Positions 9,376 to 15,280 of a stretch of DNA of 64,000 nt are shown here, one piece after another (the first letter of the stretch is position 1; each line of letters begins with the position of its first letter). The notes beneath the pieces were generated by a model that had not been told where the DNA came from, did no database searches, and saw only the letters and a list, made by a program, of their open reading frames with translations. The stretch comes from a virus, in IMG/VR virus record IMGVR_UViG_3300002334_000124, positions 1 through 64,000 of that record; one strand, given 5' to 3'. A program made the translations under genes and the position numbers.

Positions 9376-9447
9376 TGCTCCCTAGCATAACGGTAGTGCT
9401 ACTGGTTCTGATCCAGTCAAGTCCGAGTTCGACTCTCGGGGGAGCAT
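9376..9447 (+). tRNA. tRNA-Gln(CTG)
   Basis: ACTGG-TTCTGAT-CCAGT. Confidence 0.88.
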
Positions 9448-9453
9448 CGAAAG

Positions 9454-9495
9454 GTCTACTAGCTGGTAGACAATTGAACATTGAGAACTGAATAG
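9454..9495 (+). promoter_or_regulatory. boxB-like hairpin + rrn-type boxA antitermination element
   Basis: GTCTACT/GGTAGAC hairpin followed by CATTGAGAACTGAATAG. Confidence 0.5.
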
Positions 9496-9570
9496 ATCTG
9501 CCATAATTAGTCAGTAGATCCCTACTTGCGCCCTGTATGGGTCTCAAGTGGTACTCTACTGACTAAATAA

Positions 9571-9641
9571 GGTCCTGTGGTGTAACGGTAACACGCCAGC
9601 TTGTCAAGCTGTAGTCGGGGGTTCAACTCCCCTCAGGACCG
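9571..9641 (+). tRNA. tRNA-Asp(GTC)
   Basis: loop TTGTCAA, acceptor GGTCCTG/CAGGACC. Confidence 0.9.
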
Positions 9642-9644
9642 CTA

Positions 9645-9750
9645 ACGGGAAGTACTGGGTTCGATTCCCAGCACGCGAGCCTCATAGTCTGCAGACTTTG
9701 GGGTGGTATCTATAGGTGCCTGCTGCGAGGTGTAATGGCTGCACGCCCGT
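9645..9750 (+). ncRNA. circularly permuted tRNA-like RNA (T-arm, closed acceptor, D-arm)
   Basis: ACGGG/CCCGT closing stem; T-arm CTGGG-TTCGATT-CCCAG precedes D-arm GTGT-AATGGCT-GCAC. Confidence 0.65.
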
Positions 9751-9755
9751 GTTCT

Positions 9756-9828
9756 GCCCTGACCTGTGGATTCAGGCACCGAGATTACGAATCTTGGCTG
9801 CGGGGTTCAATTCCCCGTCGGGGCACCA
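9756..9828 (+). tRNA. tRNA-Arg(ACG), no 8-9 linker
   Basis: CCGAGA-TTACGAA-TCTTGG, CCA. Confidence 0.85.
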
Positions 9829-9835
9829 TACTACT

Positions 9836-9909
9836 GGGGCAGCATGTACCAAGGCTGGCGAGTCTCTCTTGCAAAGAGACTGTGAAGGGTTCGATTCCCT
9901 TCTGCTCCA
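9836..9909 (+). tRNA. tRNA-Ala(TGC)
   Basis: TCTCT-CTTGCAA-AGAGA, G3:U70. Confidence 0.85.
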
Positions 9910-9933
9910 CAACTTCTGTGTTACTATTCGGAT

Positions 9934-10320
9934 GTGATTTTCAGTCCGTATGACAAACATGGTTACACGCAGGGATCAGTGCAGGCAATCCTTGATCGGA
10001 AGCACGAAATGATGAGGGGTGGGCGCTCGAACAACATGAGCTACAAGATGGCTTACTGTGAGTGGCGAGACGGGTCGTTCTGCTACTGGTGCAATCGTGA
10101 ATTAGACATGTTGGATAAGAAGTCATTGATCCGCCCTACTCTCGACCATTTCCTCCCTGCCTGCCATGGCGGTCATAAGGTAGTCGAAAATCTTGTGCTC
10201 GCTTGCTACTACTGTAATCTCTACAGGGGTTCGACGCCTGCTTCGGCGACCTGCCTCTACTTGAAACATCGACAGGTGATCATGTGGATCATCCGAAGAA
10301 TGCGAAGACAGTTCAGATAA
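9934..10320 (+). CDS. HNH endonuclease
   Basis: RDGSFCYWC...TLDHFLP..HGG....NLVLACYYCN. Confidence 0.85.
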   Translation: MIFSPYDKHGYTQGSVQAILDRKHEMMRGGRSNNMSYKMAYCEWRDGSFCYWCNRELDMLDKKSLIRPTLDHFLPACHGGHKVVENLVLACYYCNLYRGSTPASATCLYLKHRQVIMWIIRRMRRQFR

Positions 10321-10321
10321 A

Positions 10322-10434
10322 TGTCCTTGCGCCAGGCAAGGTGAGCGTCCTGAGGTTCATGGCCTACAGGAAACTAAACGAGAGCACCGCATCGAGCCAC
10401 CCTTCGGGGCATGGGGACAAGGGACTCACCTGGC
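10322..10434 (+). ncRNA. candidate structured/pseudoknotted RNA after the HNH gene
   Basis: TGTCCTT/GGGGACA, GGTGAG/CTCACC, CCTG/CAGG, UUCG hairpin. Confidence 0.45.
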
Positions 10435-10439
10435 AGTAA

Positions 10440-10511
10440 GCCCCCATGGTCTAATGGCGAAGACGTCAGATTCTCAGTCTGAAGATCCGGGTTCAACTCC
10501 CGGTGGGGGTA
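10440..10511 (+). tRNA. tRNA-Glu(CTC)
   Basis: TCAGA-TTCTCAG-TCTGA. Confidence 0.9.
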
Positions 10512-10632
10512 CGCATATTAGCTAACGCTGGGGTTCCGCCCTAGTGCCACGGGATAACTTAATTTGCTGGCCTCGGCCCGCTGTTATCCGCGGCGGCAGT
10601 TCGACTCTGTGTGTGGATGCCGATAGATAGAT

Positions 10633-11151
10633 ATGGCACGACCACTTTCCAGTAACGATGGACACATAGTCCGGTTGGCTCCTTCGTTGGTCCCGATCGG
10701 AGACGTAAAGGCTGCCCTCGGTGAAGAACCGACATGGGCCGACTATAAGACCTGGATTCTTACCGGTCCAGCTATCTGGTACGACAAGGACGTCGGCTAC
10801 GTCACGGTACCTTCGGGGTTCATGACAGACTTCGCTTCGATACCGTTCTTCTTCAGGTGGTGGCAAACAGGCGGAACTGGTCCTCAAAGGATCGCTTCCT
10901 ACTTCCATGACTACATGTATTCGGAGCAGCTTTTCTCCAAGAAGGATGCTGACCGGATATTTCGTGAGGTCATGCAGGCCGCTAGACCTAAGGGCGGCAG
11001 GATACGTCATTTCCGTTCGATGTTGCGCCGCAATGTTATGTGGTTGGCGCTGAGAGTCGGAGGTATCTTTGCTTGGCGTTCTAACGGCAAGAAGCTGGCT
11101 AGTCTAGGTACTGGTTGGCGAGTAGCTTCGGAGTGTGGCGCAGCTTGGTAG
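10633..11151 (+). CDS. DUF1353-domain protein
   Basis: VTVPSGFMTDFASIP...ASYFHDYMY.....KDADRIFREVM; leaderless after GCCGATAG. Confidence 0.85.
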   Translation: MARPLSSNDGHIVRLAPSLVPIGDVKAALGEEPTWADYKTWILTGPAIWYDKDVGYVTVPSGFMTDFASIPFFFRWWQTGGTGPQRIASYFHDYMYSEQLFSKKDADRIFREVMQAARPKGGRIRHFRSMLRRNVMWLALRVGGIFAWRSNGKKLASLGTGWRVASECGAAW

Positions 11152-11205
11152 CGCACTTGATTTGGGATCAAGGGGCCGAGAGTTCGAATCTCTCCACTCC
11201 GACCA
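11129..11205 (+). tRNA. tRNA-Pro(GGG)
   Basis: CTTGA-TTTGGGA-TCAAG region, canonical body; overlaps the 3' end of the DUF1353 gene. Confidence 0.9.
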
Positions 11206-11217
11206 TTTAAGACCTAC

Positions 11218-11403
11218 GGTTATTCAGAGGACCCACCATGAGTCTCCACCTAGGTGAGACAAGGAAATGTGGAAAAGGCTTTGAACGTTCCAGGACTATC
11301 TACATGAACGCATAAACTGTGGTGGTGCAGTGGGAACTCTCGTGAGGTCACCGCGGTGACAACTCCTTCTCGGCAGTGAGGCTTGAGGTAGCTGCTGAAC
11401 AAC
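11218..11403 (+). ncRNA. candidate multi-stem RNA between the two tRNA-Pro genes
   Basis: GTTATTCAG/CTGAACAAC closing helix, CACCAT/GTGGTG, GTCTC/GAGAC, GTCAC/GTGAC. Confidence 0.45.
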
Positions 11404-11480
11404 TGGATGAGGACCATGAGGAAGGTCACCTGGTTTGGAGCCAGGATATCGTGTGGGTTCGAATCCCACCATCCAGACCA
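11403..11480 (+). tRNA. tRNA-Pro(TGG)
   Basis: CCTGG-TTTGGAG-CCAGG, CCA. Confidence 0.85.
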
Positions 11481-11496
11481 AACACAAAGGAGAAAT

Positions 11497-11646
11497 ATGT
11501 TAGGTCGGCTAATCAAGACCATCACAAAGACTGCGACGAAAACAATAACGGAGCTTCCAACTACCGTGATCGGAGTCGTTGAAGGAACTATCGAAGGAGT
11601 CGAAGAGGGTTTGAAGACTCTCGGCGACAAGATCGAAGGTAAGTAG
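11497..11646 (+). CDS. small hypothetical protein (49 aa, amphipathic)
   Basis: AAGGAG RBS. Confidence 0.6.
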   Translation: MLGRLIKTITKTATKTITELPTTVIGVVEGTIEGVEEGLKTLGDKIEGK

Positions 11647-11831
11647 AGTCTCCCGCCAGGGGGAGGGTTTGAACCAAATCCTGGCAGCATGCAAAACTCA
11701 CGTCGGAGTAACTGCCCGACATCATGTGAGACTCTTCCCATTCTTTGCCGATTAGTAACCGTCGAATGAATGGGCTATACGCACCCGTGCCTCGCTGGGG
11801 TCCTTTGGCTCCTGAGGTTGCGGGTGCACTT

Positions 11832-11905
11832 TGTAACCGGGCCCTCTGGGCGGGGGCGCGTGACTGTTAATCACGATGCGCTGGGTTCGAATCCCAGGGT
11901 TACAG
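11832..11905 (+). tRNA. tRNA-Asn(GTT)
   Basis: CGTGA-CTGTTAA-TCACG; acceptor TGTAACC/GGTTACA. Confidence 0.85.
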
Positions 11906-11961
11906 CTTTGGTAGTCGGTGGACTTGGACAACAGTATGTCATTCTGTCGATTACCAATCAT

Positions 11962-12038
11962 GGGGCGAAAGGCAAAGTCGGTGCGCCGCCAGGATGTGGC
12001 CCTGGTGCAAGCGGGTTCAACCCCCGCTCGTCCCTCCA
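11962..12038 (+). tRNA. tRNA-His(GTG)
   Basis: CCAGG-ATGTGGC-CCTGG, CCA. Confidence 0.82.
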
Positions 12039-12042
12039 ATTT

Positions 12043-12118
12043 GCCCCGGTGCTGTGCTGGTTCGGCAATCAGGTTTTCAACCTGGTGAACGCGGGTTCGA
12101 TTCCCGTCCGGGGTTCCA
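12043..12118 (+). tRNA. tRNA-Glu(TTC)
   Basis: ATCAGG-TTTTCAA-CCTGGT, CCA. Confidence 0.85.
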
Positions 12119-12206
12119 AACGAATAGCTGAGACTATGCGAATAGGCCTAGCTTGGATAGGCATTCCTTACCAAAGGTGCTATATTCACAGCTGTTGTAA
12201 ATAACG

Positions 12207-12338
12207 GTGTTCTGGTAAATCTAGCGCAGTCTGGAATATGGCTGTCTCTCTTCCCTTCGGGAGAGCTTATATCATAGGGCCGGGGTGGTTACCCGTGTGC
12301 CCAACGTTTGAGGCTGTATGCGTTTCACCAACGAACAC
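12207..12338 (+). ncRNA. candidate structured RNA
   Basis: GTGTTC/GAACAC closing helix, TCCC-TTCG-GGA hairpin; extended -10 TGCTATATT upstream. Confidence 0.4.
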
Positions 12339-12348
12339 GAAGGGACAT

Positions 12349-12425
12349 GATCGTATAGCTCAGATGGCTAGAGCGCTTCCTTGACGTGGAAGAGGCCGCA
12401 GGTTCAAGTCCTGCTATGATCACCA
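12349..12425 (+). tRNA. tRNA-Val(GAC)
   Basis: CTTCC-TTGACGT-GGAAG, CCA. Confidence 0.92.
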
Positions 12426-12430
12426 AATAT

Positions 12431-12507
12431 GGGCGTGTAGTTTAGTTGGCTAAAATACCTCTTTTACAAGGAGAAGATCGTGGGTTCGAGTCCCACTTCG
12501 CCCACCA
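12431..12507 (+). tRNA. tRNA-Val(TAC)
   Basis: loop TTTACAA, CCA. Confidence 0.85.
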
Positions 12508-12519
12508 ATTTAAGTTCGA

Positions 12520-12593
12520 TGCGCGGTAGTCTAACGGTACGACGGGGGACTCATAATCCTCAGATCCGGGTTCAATTCCCGGCTGCGCCACCA
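12520..12593 (+). tRNA. tRNA-Met(CAT), initiator-like
   Basis: loop CTCATAA, 1:72 mismatch, G-rich anticodon stem. Confidence 0.85.
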
Positions 12594-12639
12594 TCTAGTA
12601 GCGGTGTTTTCCTAGTGACACGCACCGCTACTAGAACTT

Positions 12640-12712
12640 TGTGCCATCGTCCAATTGGCTAGGACGCTTCATTCATACCGAAGAAATTCGGGTTCAATTC
12701 CCGGTGGCACGA
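12640..12712 (+). tRNA. tRNA-Met/Ile2(CAT)
   Basis: loop TTCATAC, TTCAA T-loop. Confidence 0.78.
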
Positions 12713-12773
12713 CAACAAATCTGGGGCTGGTCACAGCATCGTCCACGTCAATGTGGCTCGGCCAGCTCCTCTT

Positions 12774-12849
12774 GTGCGTATAGTGTTAGCGGCAAGCACA
12801 TGACCTTGCCAAGGTCAAAGGATGGGTTCAAATCCCATTACGCGCTCCA
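12774..12849 (+). tRNA. tRNA-Gly(GCC)
   Basis: TGACC-TTGCCAA-GGTCA, U73, CCA. Confidence 0.92.
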
Positions 12850-12850
12850 C

Positions 12851-12933
12851 GGGTCGACTGGGCATTGGAGAGCCCACCTGGCTGTAAACCAGACGTTTCG
12901 ACTGTGGCGGTTCAACTCCGTCTCGACCCACCA
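12851..12933 (+). tRNA. tRNA-Tyr(GTA)
   Basis: CTGG-CTGTAAA-CCAG, variable arm, CCA. Confidence 0.88.
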
Positions 12934-13006
12934 GAAGTCAATCAGGGAGACGCGGTTCGTTGCTCCGCTCCTTGCAACGAGAGGCCCTGGTTGACTTCGT
13001 TCACGA

Positions 13007-13081
13007 TCCTCTATAGTGTAATGGCCAGCACCCGAGTTTTTGGCGCTCGTAGTTTGGGTTCGAATCCCAATGGAGGTACCA
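13007..13081 (+). tRNA. tRNA-Gln(TTG)
   Basis: CGAGT-TTTTGGC-GCTCG, CCA. Confidence 0.85.
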
Positions 13082-13243
13082 ATGGCACCACAAGATAGAA
13101 TTCTCATCTGCAAAGAATGTCTGCCCATGTTCGATCTTCGCCCTATGGAGCGTGTCGATCTGGGCATATGTGTCGAATGCGACTTGAAAGAAGTCGGCTA
13201 CATGTACGAATCGGCCCTCGTCAAGAAAAGGGGAACCGAGTGA
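13082..13243 (+). CDS. small Zn-finger-like protein (CxxC...CxxC)
   Basis: GGAGG RBS lies in the 3' end of the tRNA; CKEC/CVEC. Confidence 0.55.
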   Translation: MAPQDRILICKECLPMFDLRPMERVDLGICVECDLKEVGYMYESALVKKRGTE

Positions 13244-13344
13244 TAGTTCTACCTAACGCCATTATCGGGATCATCATTGGAATAGTGGCTGCCTTTTCTC
13301 TCTCTAGGATTATCCGATCTCGTTCATCTGATAGTGAAGACTAG
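13240..13344 (+). CDS. small membrane protein
   Basis: GTGA overlap; single hydrophobic segment. Confidence 0.45.
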   Translation: MIVLPNAIIGIIIGIVAAFSLSRIIRSRSSDSED

Positions 13345-13420
13345 CCTGCGTAGCCTAACTGGTAAAGGCGATGGATTTAAGATCCATTATTTGTGGGTTC
13401 GATCCCCACCGTGGGCTCCA
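13344..13420 (+). tRNA. tRNA-Leu(TAA), short variable loop
   Basis: ATGGA-TTTAAGA-TCCAT, CCA. Confidence 0.88.
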
Positions 13421-13437
13421 ATCAACAAAAGGAAATC

Positions 13438-13719
13438 ATGAAAACAGTAGATCAATTTAAGTCACTAATACTGACGAATCACCCGGACTGTCCTTACACC
13501 AGAGTACGCAATCATGTGTTTTGCGACCCGAAGGGTGAGAGGATTCTGCGACAGTATCTTTTGGACCTTAATGACGAGGGTGAGTATCCAGACTTGGAGT
13601 TCTCCAACGCAGATGACGAGCTGTACGTTGTCACTCGGCATGGTGGCGAGATTCATTTCTTCGATGTTGTGGCTGGCGTTGAAGTAGATCGCAATTCAAG
13701 ACAGAAGAATCAAGATTAG
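13438..13719 (+). CDS. hypothetical protein
   Basis: AAGGA RBS. Confidence 0.6.
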   Translation: MKTVDQFKSLILTNHPDCPYTRVRNHVFCDPKGERILRQYLLDLNDEGEYPDLEFSNADDELYVVTRHGGEIHFFDVVAGVEVDRNSRQKNQD

Positions 13720-13795
13720 GCCTCCGTATCCCAACGGTAGAGGAAACTGGCTTAGACCCAGTTCAGTGTGAGTTCGACTCTCACCGGGGGCTCCA
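13720..13795 (+). tRNA. tRNA-Leu(TAG), short variable loop
   Basis: ACTGG-CTTAGAC-CCAGT, CCA. Confidence 0.88.
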
Positions 13796-13799
13796 AAAT

Positions 13800-13885
13800 G
13801 GTAGGTTGACAGAGCCAGGTAATGTCCCTGGTTGCTAACCAGAGCGAGCCGAAAGGTTGCGGGGGTTCGAATCCCTCACCTACCG
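13800..13885 (+). tRNA. tRNA-Ser(GCT)
   Basis: CTGG-TTGCTAA-CCAG, long variable arm. Confidence 0.88.
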
Positions 13886-13952
13886 CGGATGGTGCTGCGA
13901 AACCCGCACCTCAGGCTGTTCGACAGGGCCGATGTAAATTGACTGTCGACAA

Positions 13953-14037
13953 GGTGGGTGGACTGGCGACGGGCCAGCCCTGTTTTGAACGCAGGTACTG
14001 TGAAAGCAGACGAGTTCGATTCTTGCACCCACCGCCA
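13953..14037 (+). tRNA. tRNA-Ser(TGA)
   Basis: CCTGT-TTTGAAC-GCAGG, variable arm, CCA. Confidence 0.82.
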
Positions 14038-14039
14038 AT

Positions 14040-14206
14040 CTAGGTTGTCCACGTCCTAGCAGCTGCGCCTAACGCGGGATTAAACCGTTAGGCGCCAGGT
14101 ACCAAAATCGTGGAAGAGCGTTGGTTCCCCAGGATGATTGACATGGGAACATCTGGCCCGGTATTGCGTGGAGTCCTCCCTAGCCGGGGAATAAATGAGG
14201 ACCTAG
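14040..14206 (+). ncRNA. candidate multi-stem pseudoknotted RNA
   Basis: CTAGGT/ACCTAG ends; GCGCCTAACG/CGTTAGGCGC; GTTCCC/GGGAAC; GTCCTC/GAGGAC. Confidence 0.55.
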
Positions 14207-14217
14207 ATCATCCACTT

Positions 14218-14303
14218 GCGTCTTGCACGTCGTAGTGCTATTAGTCTGAGGGCCATGGCTACCAAAGATGAAAAGCAGGGTTAGAGTCCCTGAGGGCGCT
14301 CCA
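14218..14303 (+). ncRNA. aberrant tRNA-like element (Gly-like acceptor, 10-nt anticodon loop)
   Basis: GCGTCTT/AGGGCGC-T-CCA; GCAC/GTGC; T-arm CAGGG-TTAGAGT-CCCTG. Confidence 0.5.
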
Positions 14304-14304
14304 T

Positions 14305-14380
14305 GCTGACGAACCGAATTGGCTAGGAACCGGATTGCAACTCCGGTATTATGGGGGTTCGAGTCCCTCCGTCAGCTCCA
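14305..14380 (+). tRNA. tRNA-Cys(GCA)
   Basis: CCGGA-TTGCAAC-TCCGG, U73, CCA. Confidence 0.88.
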
Positions 14381-14381
14381 T

Positions 14382-14459
14382 GGGTGTGTAGCAAAAGTTG
14401 GTTTTTGCAGCGGCCTTTTAAGCCGACAAACGCGGGTTCGATTCCTGTCACGCCCACCA
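14382..14459 (+). tRNA. tRNA-Lys(TTT)
   Basis: CGGC-CTTTTAA-GCCG, CCA. Confidence 0.88.
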
Positions 14460-14460
14460 T

Positions 14461-14532
14461 GGGTCACTATGTTAAATGGAAAACGGCAAGACTCTTAATC
14501 TTGAATTCGGGGTTCGATCCCCCGGTGACCTA
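14461..14532 (+). tRNA. tRNA-Lys(CTT)
   Basis: CAAGA-CTCTTAA-TCTTG. Confidence 0.85.
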
Positions 14533-14545
14533 CGAAATACAACTA

Positions 14546-14933
14546 GGGGCTGAATAGGCTTTCGACGTTGGTGAATAGATTGTTGACCGCAATCGGAGTT
14601 GCTCAGACTCTTGAAACAGGGCACCAAAATACACGGCGAACCAACATTCACCGTTGCTACCAGCGAGGACATCTGGTCTGCTTTCGAGCAGACTGAGCTT
14701 GTCTCTGTCTAGTAGCAGAGGGCTCAGCTGGCCCTTAGAACCCAACAGCTTGACTTCTAGCAAAGACTAGGTGGAGCACTGGACATACCATTGCAAGACT
14801 GTCAGGAGAGACTGACTGGTGGACGGCATAGACGGGTAACCGACTAGCCCCATAGTGGCCACTCACAGTGGCATGATTGTATCGGTCATCATGATGCATG
14901 CAACGGACGGGGGTTCGACTCCCCCCAGCTCCA
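14546..14933 (+). ncRNA. ssrA: tmRNA; tag ORF 14635-14712 (A)GEPTFTVATSEDIWSAFEQTELVSV*
   Basis: 5' GGGGCTGAATAGG..TTCGAC, 3' GACGGGGGTTCGACTCCCCCCAGCTCCA, G3:U70, PK1 GAGT/ACTC then AAAATA resume context. Confidence 0.93.
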
Positions 14934-14943
14934 CAATTTATTT

Positions 14944-15029
14944 ACTCCCGTGGCGGAATGGTAGACGCGCTAGGTTGAGGGCCTAGTGACCGCAAGGTCG
15001 TGTGGGTTCGACTCTCACCGGGAGTACCA
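14944..15029 (+). tRNA. tRNA-Leu(GAG), long variable arm
   Basis: CTAGG-TTGAGGG-CCTAG, CCA. Confidence 0.92.
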
Positions 15030-15032
15030 CGT

Positions 15033-15109
15033 GGGCGTGTAGCATAACGGGTAAATGCACCCAGCTTATATCTGGGAGACAATGGGTTCAAGCCCCATTT
15101 CGCCTACCA
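15033..15109 (+). tRNA. tRNA-Ile(TAT)
   Basis: CCCAG-CTTATAT-CTGGG, CCA. Confidence 0.85.
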
Positions 15110-15110
15110 A

Positions 15111-15184
15111 CGGCATAGACGGGCTGGTTGCCCTGGTGATTCTGATAAGATTACTGCGCTCGGTTCGATTCCTAGTATGCCGAC
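15111..15184 (+). tRNA. tRNA-Ile(GAT), non-canonical
   Basis: GTGATT-CTGATAA-GATTAC; CGGCATA/TATGCCG. Confidence 0.75.
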
Positions 15185-15189
15185 AACAT

Positions 15190-15265
15190 GGGTCTTTGGT
15201 GTAGTTGGATGTCACATGAGTTTGAAAAGCTTAAGGCCGGGGTTCGAGTCCCCGAGGACCCACCA
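15190..15265 (+). tRNA. tRNA-Phe(GAA)
   Basis: TGAGT-TTGAAAA-GCTTA, CCA. Confidence 0.88.
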
Positions 15266-15280
15266 ATCGAAAGGGAAGAC

